Shown one piece after another: positions 23,457 to 34,266 of a stretch of 42,517 bases of DNA. The translations under genes and the position numbers were made by a program. Every line of letters starts with the position of its first letter. Positions within the stretch are counted from its first letter, which is position 1. The notes beneath the pieces are model-generated. The model did no database searches. It saw only the letters and a program-made list of their open reading frames with translations, and was not told where the DNA came from. The stretch is from Chiloscyllium plagiosum (taxonomy: Eukaryota). The stretch covers positions 94,652,297 through 94,694,813 of the forward strand of contig NC_057718.1 in assembly GCF_004010195.1 (NCBI RefSeq), written 5' to 3'.

Positions 23457-23992
23457 CACTGTGTTCAATTCTGGTCTCCCTACTATAGGAAGGATGGTGT
23501 GAAACTTGAAAGGGTTCAGAAAAGATTTACAAGGATATTGCCAGGGTTGCAGGGTTTGAGATATAGGGAGAGGCTGAACAGGTTGGGCCTATTTTCACTG
23601 GAGCGTCAGAAGCTGAGAGGTAGCTTCATAGAGATTACGAAAATCATAATGGGAGCATGGATAGGGTGAATAGCCAAGGTCTTTTCCCCAGGGTGGGGGA
23701 GTCCAAAACCAAACAGCATAAATTTAAGGTAAGAGGGGAAAGATTTAAAAGGGACAACTTTATCGCACAGATGGTGGTGTAGTGTATGGAATGATCTGCC
23801 AAAGGAAGTGGTGGAGGCTGGTACAATTGCAACATTTAAAAAGCATCTGGATGGCTATATGAATAGGAAGGGTTTAGAGGGATATGGGCCAAATGCTGGC
23901 AAATGGGACTGCATGAATGTAGGATATCTCGTTGGCATGGAATTGGACCAAAGGGTCTGTTTCTGTGCTGTCCATCTCCCTGACTCTGTGTC
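23457..23992 (+). mobile_element. CR1/HER1 LINE 3' fragment
   Basis: CVQFWSPYYRKD.VKLERVQKRFTR.LPGL..L.YRERLNRLGLFSLE. Confidence 0.92.
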
Positions 23993-24962
23993 ACTCACAT
24001 CCCATGAACAAATAAAGAAAAAGGCCCACCCTTGGGAATGTGCCATGGCTTACTCAATGCAGGCAGAGAATATAAGCCAAGTAACATGACTAGATGTCAC
24101 CAACTGCAGTCTGGATGGGAAGGCATGAATGGCCATATTTGCTTTGACTGAGCCAAGCAATGCTACACCAGGTGGCATTTGTGTGTAAAAACAGACAGTA
24201 ATGGAGAACAGGTCAGGTAGTATCTGTGGAGAGAGAAACAGAGTTAACATTGCAAATCCAGTGACTCTTCTTTGAGGTGGCACTGATGGTTGAGAATGGC
24301 ATTGCGTGGCAGTGCATGGCACTCAGTGTAGATCTTGGGCTACAGCAGGAATACCTACCCAAGAACCATTGCTTGTTACATCATAACCTGTAATCCTGGA
24401 TGAATTTGAATATGGAGGATAGACTTCAGGATTTGTAGGTTGTGATCTTTGCTATCAGAGACTAACAAAGATCTGTTACCATTTGTACATGTAAATATTT
24501 GTAATTTGATCCCTGTTGATAATTTAGCTTTAACCCAAGGTGACTAATGTCAATGCTGGTTGCTCCTGGTAAAAGCCACCTTACACACTACGTAGGAAAG
24601 GTGAATAGTAAGTACATCCTATTATCACCTCACTCTGTGTCCATTGATCCATTATCTCTAATTGCCTTCCCAACCGACCTCACCAGCCTTGGTCTTCCAG
24701 CAAGCCACTGACTGTATTCTTGTTGTGCCCTCCCTGCCAACAATTCTCGTGAGTCCTGCCCTATACACAACAGGACTCCTGACCTCTCCTATATCCTTAG
24801 GCACAACCTCCCATGCCCAAATTCCTATTGTGGATCTTGAGGCCTATCAGCTCCTTCTCCAGAGCCAAATACCCTCCCCATTCTGGGACAATGCGAAAAC
24901 TTCTCTGGATCTTGAACTCAGAACATTAAACCCCACGTGGGCTCTATCTCCATCACCATTAA

Positions 24963-25051
24963 TAGACAGGGAGGAGGCTGGAAGAACACAGCAAGCAAGG
25001 CAGCATCAGGAGGTGGAGAAGTCAACGTTTCGGGTGTAACCCTTCCTCAGG
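24963..25051 (-). mobile_element. Hammerhead-bearing PLE-derived short element, intact core
   Basis: Minus strand CTGAGGA AGGGTTACACCC GAAA CGTT. 8-bp TSD ACCATTAA at 24955-24962 and 25052-25059. Confidence 0.8.
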
Positions 25052-25166
25052 ACCATTAAAGCCACATGCTGGGCCTTAGGCCGAGTGCAGCAGCCAAGGG
25101 TCAAGAAGTGAACGTTCCGCGTTTCATCTACCTCTGTATGAAATTCCAGCTCAATGCAGTTTCACT

Positions 25167-25585
25167 TAGAGTCATAGAGTCTTCCAGCATAGAAACAGGC
25201 TGTTTGGTCCAATCAATCCACGCTGAACATAATCCCAAACTAAACTAGTCCCACCTGCCTGCTCCTGGCCCATATCCCTCCAAACCTTCCCTTTTCATGT
25301 ACTTATCCAAATGTCTTTAAAATATTGTAATTGTACCTAAATCGACCACTTCCTCAGGAAGTTCATTCACACGCGAACCACCCTCTGTGTAAAACATTTG
25401 TCTCTTATGTCTTTTTTAAATCTCTCAACTCACACTTTAAAAAATGCTGGCTCGTCTTGAAATCCCCATCCCAGGGAAAAGACAGCTACCATTAACCTTA
25501 TCTATATCTCTCATGATTTTATAAACTTCTATCACGTCACCCCTCAACCTCCTATGCTGCAGTGAAAGAAGTACCAGCCTATCTA
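25167..25585 (-). mobile_element. CR1/HER1 LINE 3' end
   Basis: TAGAGTCATAGAGTC... with the same structure as 20150-20546. Confidence 0.88.
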
Positions 25586-26589
25586 CACTTGTAGAATGAT
25601 CACACAGTTTTCAGGCACTGGGTGAGTGGTGCAGTAATCAGGCTATTTGGTCAAACAATAAATGACCTCATTGCTTTTAAAAACTGAGTTCCTCGAGTTC
25701 AGGTTACAGCAAGGAACCTTGTGACCCAGCTGTGCCAAAGAAGAAATCGTAAGTACATGAACTCCTGCCCCTGAACTTTAATTCAAAAACAAAACATGAC
25801 TCTGTTTTGCTTACAGATTTTTTCAGTTGCCAATGGAACCCTTATCCAGCTGATTAGACTTTTATTGCTCCATGTTCAGATTTAGCATCAAACTCTCTTG
25901 AGGGTTAAGTCACACCCAAGCGAGAAGATTATTCAATTTCGGCACAATTGATTGATAAATGTGTTTATTGTATAACAGGAAAGAGTGCGAGAAAGCTGAA
26001 GATAGGTTTTTGTAAGCATTAGGTTACAATGCAGAAGTGTTGCTGATTAAGCATATCAGCAGAAAAATCAAATATGGAAAATTATTAATGTGGAGGGTTT
26101 TCTTTTGTACTTGGGGTTGAATACGTTATTGGGAGACAATAAGGAATCATTTTGTCTTTGTGATATTTCATAAAATGCGTAACAGTGAGACTGCCTTTCA
26201 TTATACATTTTGCCCAATATTTATTTTCCTTGAAGCCAACACTTAGCAGTTTTAAGGACCAGTGCACAATGTGTGGTGCTCCTCCGGTTTCACAACCCTG
26301 ATCTTCTGGATCAAAGTATTCAACATTCTTTGAACAGTTAGGAAATACGAGCAATCCGAGGCAAAGTTATTTTTCTCGAACCAAACTCATGTCTTCAACT
26401 GGGATTGAGATAACTGTGAATTTGACCCGTGGTTATTTTCACCATTATGGTCATCATCTTTAATAAGGCCGTTCTTATATTGTACACAGACATGAGAGAC
26501 GAGGCCATGGTTTTCTAGACACTGGGACAGACAAAGATGACAAAGCAAGAAGCAATGAAATTATTGAGAGTCACTCTGTTTTTGGTTTT

Positions 26590-26750
26590 GGTGGAGGAAT
26601 AAATGTAGGCCAAGAATCTGCGATAATCTTCCTGCTCCTTTTCAACAAGTGCCATGAAATCATTTATGTCCAGCTTTAGATTCTAGGCCGTGGTTTAATG
26701 CTTCATATTAAAAGGAAACCTTCAACTCTTCATTACTGTATTAAGTGATC
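26590..26750 (-). mobile_element. Deu-domain SINE remnant
   Basis: GGAATAAATGTAGGCCAAGAA..CCTGCTCCTTTTCAACAAGTGCCATGAAATCATTTATGTCCA. Confidence 0.55.
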
Positions 26751-27240
26751 AACAATTCTACTATCACAAGGAGAAAGTGAGGATTGCAGATGCTGGAGAG
26801 TCAGAGTCGAAAAGTGTGGCGCTGGAAAAACATCCTTGGAGCTGCAACCAGAAGAGAAAATGCTGGAAAATCTCAGCAGGTCTGGCAGCATCTGTAAGGA
26901 GAGAAAAGAGCTGACGTTTCGAGTCTAACTGACCCTTTGTCAAAGCTAAAAAAAAGGGAGAAATAGGGAGGTATTTATACTAGGCTGAGAGAAGGTGAGT
27001 CGTGGCTGCAGAAGCAAAGGTAGCAATAAAGAGGTGATAATGACAGTGCATAGGGAGATTATAGGGAGATTAGGAGCTGTGAATGACCAAGGCTGAAGTC
27101 AGTGCTATGTGACAAAATACGTGGGGGATGGGGGGAATGGGTGAAGCAGAGACAAAATGGAAAACATGGGAAAAGGGTAGCAAAGGGGGAAGAGGAGAGG
27201 AAAAAGGCGATGAGAGTGGGGAGCGAGAGAGAGACGATCA

Positions 27241-28200
27241 NNNNNNNNNNNNNNNNNNNNNNNNNNNNNNNNNNNNNNNNNNNNNNNNNNNNNNNNNNNN
27301 NNNNNNNNNNNNNNNNNNNNNNNNNNNNNNNNNNNNNNNNNNNNNNNNNNNNNNNNNNNNNNNNNNNNNNNNNNNNNNNNNNNNNNNNNNNNNNNNNNNN
27401 NNNNNNNNNNNNNNNNNNNNNNNNNNNNNNNNNNNNNNNNNNNNNNNNNNNNNNNNNNNNNNNNNNNNNNNNNNNNNNNNNNNNNNNNNNNNNNNNNNNN
27501 NNNNNNNNNNNNNNNNNNNNNNNNNNNNNNNNNNNNNNNNNNNNNNNNNNNNNNNNNNNNNNNNNNNNNNNNNNNNNNNNNNNNNNNNNNNNNNNNNNNN
27601 NNNNNNNNNNNNNNNNNNNNNNNNNNNNNNNNNNNNNNNNNNNNNNNNNNNNNNNNNNNNNNNNNNNNNNNNNNNNNNNNNNNNNNNNNNNNNNNNNNNN
27701 NNNNNNNNNNNNNNNNNNNNNNNNNNNNNNNNNNNNNNNNNNNNNNNNNNNNNNNNNNNNNNNNNNNNNNNNNNNNNNNNNNNNNNNNNNNNNNNNNNNN
27801 NNNNNNNNNNNNNNNNNNNNNNNNNNNNNNNNNNNNNNNNNNNNNNNNNNNNNNNNNNNNNNNNNNNNNNNNNNNNNNNNNNNNNNNNNNNNNNNNNNNN
27901 NNNNNNNNNNNNNNNNNNNNNNNNNNNNNNNNNNNNNNNNNNNNNNNNNNNNNNNNNNNNNNNNNNNNNNNNNNNNNNNNNNNNNNNNNNNNNNNNNNNN
28001 NNNNNNNNNNNNNNNNNNNNNNNNNNNNNNNNNNNNNNNNNNNNNNNNNNNNNNNNNNNNNNNNNNNNNNNNNNNNNNNNNNNNNNNNNNNNNNNNNNNN
28101 NNNNNNNNNNNNNNNNNNNNNNNNNNNNNNNNNNNNNNNNNNNNNNNNNNNNNNNNNNNNNNNNNNNNNNNNNNNNNNNNNNNNNNNNNNNNNNNNNNNN
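27241..28200. other. Assembly gap (960 N)
   Basis: N run. Confidence 1.
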
Positions 28201-28302
28201 AGAGGTGTTAGGTGTGATGGGAAGGTGCCGTGTGTGATGGAAGAGGTGTTAGGTGTGATGGGAAGGTACTGTGTGTGATGGGAGAGGTGTTAGGTGTGAT
28301 GG
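28201..28302. repeat. 41-bp tandem repeat (about 2.5 units visible) inside the PLE
   Basis: AGAGGTGTTAGGTGTGATGGGAAGGT..GTGTGTGATGG repeated up to the gap edge. Confidence 0.85.
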
Positions 28303-28757
28303 AGGAGTGGGCTAGGTTGTCCCGGAGGGAACGGTCTCTGCAGAATGCAGACAGGGGGAGGGAAAGGAAGATGTGTTTAGGGGTAGCGTCGTGTTGGAGT
28401 TGGCAAAAGTGGCGGAGGATTATTCTTTGCATGTGAAGACTGGTAGGGTGAAAGGTGAGAACAAGAGGGACCCTATCCTTGTTCTGGGAGGAGGAGGGAA
28501 GGGGTGAGAGTCGTGGCGCGGGAGATGGACGGCACACTGTCGACAGCCCTGTCTACAACTGTAGGTGGGAAGCCACAGTTGGAGAAGAAGGAGTACATAT
28601 TAAGTGTACCACTTTGGAAAGTGGCCTCATCGGAACAAATGCGACAGAGGCGAAGGAGCTGAGAGAAAGGGATAGAGTCCTTACAGGACGTGGGATGAGA
28701 AGAGCTGTAGTCCAGATAACTGTGGGAGTCAGTGGGCTTGTAATGGATATTAGTGGA

Positions 28758-28840
28758 TCCAGGATGGCCGAGTGGTTAAGGCGTTGGACTTTAGATCCAC
28801 TAGACATATGTCTGCGTGGGTTCGAGCCCCACTTCTGGTA
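28758..28840 (+). tRNA. tRNA-Leu(TAA)-derived gene or pseudogene with anticodon TTA (ochre-suppressor type)
   Basis: 83-nt cloverleaf. A box TGGCCGAGTGG (28765-28775), anticodon arm TTGGA CT-TTA-GA TCCAC, long variable arm AGACA-TA-TGTCT, T arm GTGGG TTCGAGC CCCAC, discriminator A. TTTT at 28861-28864. Confidence 0.88.
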
Positions 28841-29234
28841 GCTCCTTGGTCCTGCTGTGCTTTTCCAGTGCCACACTTTCCAACTCTACTATCACACTCC
28901 CACCGTAATGACTGAAGATTCATTGGAGGTGTAGCCAAGAGCCAGATATGCTTTTGATCACAACTTTTCCTAAAGCTCTACAAGGGAAGAGCCTCTGCAT
29001 AGTCCGAACATTCCCTCAGCCTAGGAGGGAGTGGGATTTCCCAATGCCAAGAATTATCACACCCGCAGACCCTCAAAAGCTGGACAGATCTTCAATGGCT
29101 GGAGCAATGGATGATCCCACCGAACAGATCTGTCAAATTTCCAGGGGTAACCCATGCGATTGGAGAAAGTTGGTGACCTTACTCATGGGAGAGCTGCCAC
29201 TTACAAGCTCCCCTTCATGCCAACCCCGTCTTCA

Positions 29235-29415
29235 AACTATATCATCGTTCCTTCACTGTCACTGGGTCAAATTGCCAGAATTTCCTTCCTAAAAATGCCT
29301 TGGGTGTACCCTACTCCACTTGGACTACAGACGTTCAGGAAGTAATTCATTGTCACCTTCTCAAGGACATTTAGGAATGAGGAACAAATGTCACTTACAT
29401 TCCGAGAATGAATCA
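29235..29415 (+). mobile_element. L2-type LINE 3' remnant
   Basis: ATATCATCGTTCCTTCACTGTCACTGGGTCAAA...CACCTTCTCAAGG. Confidence 0.55.
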
Positions 29416-30344
29416 TGAACAAAATTAATCATTTGCTTGTTGGAGTTAATTAAGATATAAGGATTTTATTAATCTAGGTTCACTGGGTACTGTAGTTTCA
29501 AATCCTAAAAATAATTGGGATGGAGACCAATATATTAAACCCCAGGCTATCTGGATCTATACTTCAGTTAGCTGTTCAGTTCAGTCCAAAGGGATGTGAA
29601 GGGTTAAAAAAATCAACCAATTTCTCTGAGAACTTCCCCACATTTATATATCATATTAAGCACTTAGAGTCTGTTCAAAGACTGACTGTGATAACTTTTG
29701 AATGATAGCTTTGCTGTGTTTCCTGGCATTTTTAATTACATTTCAGAAAAAGACATTGATATGCTATGACAGAAGCAAAGACATCTCTTCTCAGTGTAAC
29801 ATTTGCAATAAATCACTAGCAGAAGCTAGAAAAGATAGCTTTAAGATCAATAATTGTCTTTGGGTTTTTTGTTTCAACAGTAACCTTTCATAATAACCAG
29901 ATCCAGTAAAATGAGGGAACAGGACCAAATATGGCGAAGATTTCAGTCATTTTAGCTGGACCTTTGTCCCAACTGAACTTATTTGTGTCCTTCAAAATTG
30001 CTTCAAGAAATCCTATTTTCTCATAAAATGGAACATTTGATAAATGCAATTTAAAAAGTGGCAAAGCATGCCGAACAGTTGAGGCAATTGGCACTTGACA
30101 ATGTCTCAGTGTGAGAAAGTTTGCTCTTCAGTTCCCTCAGGAGAACTAGTGTCTGACTACATGAAGGAGTTAACACTTTGGAGAAGGTTTCTCTGGTAAA
30201 CAAGGAGCCAGCAGTGTCAGCCTTTTGGCTCACTGATTCACTCTCTAGCTCAGAATATGGTGACCCACAAAAGGTTGCAGAAAGTGTGAGCTATTAATGG
30301 TGCAAGGGATGAAATGGGACATCATTAGTATGAGTGAACAGAAT

Positions 30345-30683
30345 GCGGCACGGTGGCTCAGTAGTGAGCACTGCTGCCTCACGGCGCCAGGGACCCAGAC
30401 TCGATTCCAGCCTCGGGTGACTGTCTGTGAGGAGTTTGCAGATTCTCCCTGTGTGTGCGTGGGTTTCCTCCGGGTGCTCCGGTTTCTTCCACAGTCGAAA
30501 GATGTGCGCATTAGGTGAATTGGCTATTCTAAATTGTCCATAGTGTTCAGGAATGTGTAGGTTATTTGCATTACTCAAGGGGAAATATAGGGTAGAGGGA
30601 ATGGGTCTAGGTGAGTTACTCTTCTATGAGTCGGTATGGACTTGTTGGGCTGAAGGGCCTGTTTCCACACAGTGGGGATTCTA
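30345..30683 (+). mobile_element. HE1 SINE, near full length
   Basis: GCGGCACGGTGGCTCAGTAGTGAGCACTGCTGCCTCACGGCGCCAGGGACCC... ending GGGCCTGTTTCCACACAGTGGGGATTCTA. Confidence 0.92.
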
Positions 30684-31339
30684 TATAATAAAAAACAAAT
30701 AACAGAGAAGCTCTGTAATGAATCCGATGTAAGGTTTGAAAAATAAACACAGACAGAAAAGGAAGGGAGAGTTTCTGCTTGATGGACAGAGCCATTCCTG
30801 AGGTTTCCCTCTGCCCTGCACTCCATACCCAAAAGTCTGAGGCCCACTGACATCTCCTGGTCAGGGCCTGTCTGCAGCCCCAGCACCGCTCTCTGGTGCT
30901 GCTGGGACAAGAGAGTCATTAGCACTGAGGCTGCTCTGACATTCTCAGAGGTGGGACTGGCACTCTGATGTGGTCCAGAAATTCCCAAATCAACGCATGA
31001 CAGCAATGAGCTTCAAAGGGCTGTGGGACGGAGCTGGGCAAACGTAGACAGCGTGCCCAATCTTCGCAGCTCAGATCCCACCCACCCTCAAGTATGAAGC
31101 TCTGGCTCTTGAGGGTCTTTGCTCCTAAATGTTGCTCAATCCACCACATTCCTCCCCCCCCCCCCCCCTCAACCCTCCCACTTCCCCCTACATCCTGTGA
31201 CTCAGGCTCAGTGGCTGGGGCTGATTTGTTAGGTGCTAAGTGTTGACTTTTTGCCACTCAACAAATCGAGCTCCAGGAGCCAGCATCTGGATTCTTGTTG
31301 GAGTCCTACCTTCTACCTTGAAAGAAAGGGGCCTCAGAG

Positions 31340-31537
31340 AAAGAGCAAAGCTGCAGAGAGCTGAGGAGGCCTAGTCATTGAGTGTATTTAAGACAGAGTT
31401 AGATATATCCTTGATTGGTAAGGGGGATCAAGAGGAAAGGCAGTAGGATGGGGTTGAGAGACATATCAGCCATGATCGGATGGCTGAGCAGACTCAATGG
31501 GCCGAATGGCCTACTCTGCTCTTATATCTTATGACCT
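31340..31537 (+). mobile_element. CR1 LINE 3' end
   Basis: TATTTAAGACAGAGTTAGATATATCCTTGATTGG...GGGCCGAATGGCCTACTCTGCTC. Confidence 0.8.
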
Positions 31538-31859
31538 TCTGGAAAGCGCTGACATGTCTCTAAACCCATGGCTCATTTCCCCTAATCTCACCCTCCCACA
31601 AACCCCAACATTTCACAAATAGAGTTCCTCTTGCCCACCCTCATTAGAATTGTAATTCATTGTGTAATTTATCAAGCTTTCCCTTCTGAACAAAAGAACC
31701 CTTCGCCCCCAACTCCTCTAACTCTGGGAACATTTGCAGGTTTACGGCAAAAAGGTGACGGTGTGGGACTAGTTGAATTGTTATTTGGGGAGCCGTCAAC
31801 AGGCCAAAGGCTTCCTTCTGTTCTGTAACAATTGTGTGATTCAACGATGGGACTCTAAA

Positions 31860-32150
31860 TAAAAGAGTCACCATAGTCTCACCAGACCATAGCATTGCTC
31901 TTTCATTAGAAAGAGTTGAAACTTTATTGCTGGAACCGCACAGCAGGTCAGGCAGCATCCAGGGAACAGGAGATTCGGTGGTGCTGGAAAAGCACAGCAG
32001 TTCAGGCAGCATCCAAGGAGCTTCGAAATCGACGTTTCGGGCAAAAGCCCTTCATCAGGGTTTAACCTGAGGGTCACCACTCCTCAAGTGAGGGGAGAGG
32101 TTGAGAAGAAGAGTCCTTCATGGTAACCTCAGCCCGTACGGGATTGATGG
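31860..32150 (-). mobile_element. SINE-like repeat (family also at 33185-33345 and 37400-37620), interrupted at about 31925-32059
   Basis: GTCACCATAGTCTCACCAGACCATAG...TTTAACCTGAGGGTCACCACTCCTCAAGTGAGGGGAGAGG. Confidence 0.65.
31925..32059 (-). mobile_element. Tandem pair of family-1 arms with an intact hammerhead core
   Basis: Two direct copies of GCTGGAA..GCACAGCAG.TCAGGCAGCATCCA. Minus strand CTGATGA AGGGCTTTTGCCC GAAA CGTC at 32031-32058. Confidence 0.82.
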
Positions 32151-32487
32151 GTGCTGTAAAAACACAAGTTCTTCAGTTTTACTTCTGTGCAACCAGGCAA
32201 TGACTCTGTTATAAAAAACAGCAATCTAACATCCTTCTGTTGTTATTTTCGTCTGCAAGACAGATTTGGCTGTCCTAATTGAACCAGTGCCTAATTTGTT
32301 TCATGGCCCAGTGTTTGTTTTTAAAGGAAATTGACTTTTAATTCCAGAGAAATATTATCATTTGTGTCCCTGAAGAATGCTCTCGATATTGCTTCCAAAT
32401 GACAGCCAGGAAACTCGATGGGCTATAGTTTGAGTCTAAATAATCTCAGAACTGAACTGAATTTAGCCCACGGCGGAGTCTATAGCT

Positions 32488-32615
32488 AGGTAAAAACAAT
32501 GACTGCAGATGCTGGAAACCAGAGTCTAGATTAGAGTGGTGCTGGAGAAGCACAGCAGTTCAGGCAGCATCCGAGGAGCTGCTGTGCTTTTCCAGCACCA
32601 CTCTAATCTTGACCC
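32488..32615. mobile_element. PLE-derived hairpin element (family 1)
   Basis: AGATTAGAGTGGTGCTGGA.AAGCACAGCAG / CTGCTGTGCTTTTCCAGCACCACTCTAATCT. 14-bp TSD CGGAGTCTATAGCT at 32474-32487 and 32616-32629. Confidence 0.85.
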
Positions 32616-33184
32616 CGGAGTCTATAGCTTCCAGGAAGGCTGCGTTGAGACATCACTTTTTGGTTAAGATTAACTATTTTTTGTCTGATTCAACATCATG
32701 ATTGAGACCTTCTTTTTGATTGATTTGATGTGTTGAGATAGTAGGCTGAATTTCGCCAACAATTTCAGAATGCCTGAGTGTCCATATCAGGGGGTTTTCT
32801 GCTATTTCACACAAACTCTCCACAATTGACCTTGATTTTTCACGCATCATTCCTCTATGGTTACCGTAGTTAAATCCCAGGTGTGTACCAGGTCAAAAGT
32901 TGCCAGCCAGAAATAGCCCTTCACAGTCTACATAGTGCGAGGGGGATGAGAAATAAAAACTTAGATGGCATGGGAGGCACCGCGTTGGGAATTGAATCCC
33001 ACATTTGTAAGTGTACAGTCAGCTCTAAAGAAAGGTCACTGGACTTGAAATGTTAACTCTGCTTTCTCTGCAAAGATGCTACCAGTCCTGTTGAGTTTGC
33101 CCAGCAGTTTTTTTTATTTATAAAACCATTTCCTCTTTCCATTTTCACCTTTTAAACCATCGTAACAACAGCCACAAAGATCAT

Positions 33185-33345
33185 TAATCAGTTTAGCTCA
33201 GTTGACTAGATCATTGGTTTACAGATTCTCCACCTCTTTCCTTGCCTGAGTTCTGGTGCCCCCCAGGTTAAATTGCCATCAGTTGATTTTTTTTCTCTCT
33301 CTAAGGAGAGAGCAGCCCCTATGGTCTGGTAAGACTATGGTGACA
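33185..33345 (+). mobile_element. SINE-like repeat
   Basis: TTAGCTCAGTTG head, tail GAGAGCAGCCCCTATGGTCTGGTAAGACTATGGTGAC. Confidence 0.6.
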
Positions 33346-33936
33346 CAACAATAAAGGACATTGGACAAGGTCATTTCTGGACATGTGTTCCAATTTGTCT
33401 GACTTTGCAATGTCGTCATGCCTTGGTGCTTTCATGGTACAGTAGTATTACTGAACTTGTGATCCTGAGACCAAGTTAATGCTTTGAGCACCCAAGTTGG
33501 AATGTAACAACAGCAGAGGCTCAACTTAGATTTTAAATAAACATAACCTGAAATTCGAAATTTATTATGATCATACAAGAATTAATTATTTTTTGGAGGT
33601 CCCCAGCATCACAACTGCCAGTTTTCAGCCAATTTAATTCACTCCTCACGATATCAGGATTAGATGTGAAGTCTGATGTGCTGTGATATCCTAATGATCA
33701 GCCACTATCACACTGTGACACTTCTGTTAGCTCCCATAACAAAGGACAAGATATGGATCACATAGCAACAAGCCTCTATTATAGCTCCATGTACTTACAA
33801 ATGTAGACCTCAATCACAGAGACTTGCATGTTTGGACCCAAGAAAATGAATTCAAATGTACTGTGTCACAATTCCCTCAGCATGCCATGTTCCAAGGGGA
33901 CAACTCCGTAAGATGGAGGGAGAGTTTTATACCATT

Positions 33937-34266
33937 GGGCAGTATGGTGGCTCAGTGGTTAGCGCTGCTGCCTCATAGAACCAGGGACCCGGGCTCAATT
34001 TCAGCCTCTGGTGACTGTCTGTGTGGAGTTTGCACATTATCCTAGTGTCTGCGTGGGGATGCTCCAGTTTCGTCCACAATCCAAAGATGAGCAGGTTAGG
34101 TGGATTGGCCATGCTAAATTGCCTGCAGAATCCAGTGATGTGTAGGTTAACTGCATTAGTCAGGGGAAATGTAAAGTAATAGGGTAAAGGAATAGATCTG
34201 GGTGTGATACTTTTCAGAGAGTCATGGGGACTTGTTGGGCCAGATAGCCTGCTTCCATATTGTAGG
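33937..34266 (+). mobile_element. HE1 SINE, near full length
   Basis: GGGCAGTATGGTGGCTCAGTGGTTAGCGCTGCTGCCTCA... Confidence 0.9.

Larger units (their letters stand above)
26844..28757 (-). mobile_element. 5'-truncated Penelope-like element (second lineage, probably Neptune-like), spanning the N gap
   Basis: Minus translation STNIHYKPTDSHSYLDYSSSHPTSCKDSIPFSQLLRLCRICSDE then, after a frameshift, KDRVPLVLTFHP...SLRDNL. Terminal repeat with variant hammerhead (TTGACAA AGGGTC..GACTC GAAA CGTC) at about 26913-26943. Confidence 0.88.
26769..28884. mobile_element. Composite insertion: family-1 hairpin (arms 26769-26843 and 28841-28884) enclosing a PLE and a tRNA gene
   Basis: 12-bp TSD TCTACTATCACA at 26757-26768 and 28885-28896. 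Arms AAAGTGTGGCGCTGGAAAA / TTTTCCAGTGCCACACTTT are inverted. Spans an N gap. Confidence 0.75.

Noticed and set aside
26085..26354. 89-aa minus ORF in unique sequence
   Set aside because: No recognisable domain or splice structure, and the length is expected by chance
27102..28237. Two 369-aa ORFs
   Set aside because: Artefacts of translating through the 960-N gap
28758..28840. Retrocopy of a mature, modified tRNA
   Set aside because: No 3' CCA and no substitutions at commonly misread modified positions (G9, G26, G37, A58). Not supported, although a precursor template remains possible
30345..30420. tRNA-like sequence
   Set aside because: This is the tRNA-derived head of an HE1 SINE, not a tRNA gene. 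The same applies to the other HE1 heads
31151..31190. Poly-C tract as a functional G-quadruplex
   Set aside because: Simple homopolymer with no supporting context
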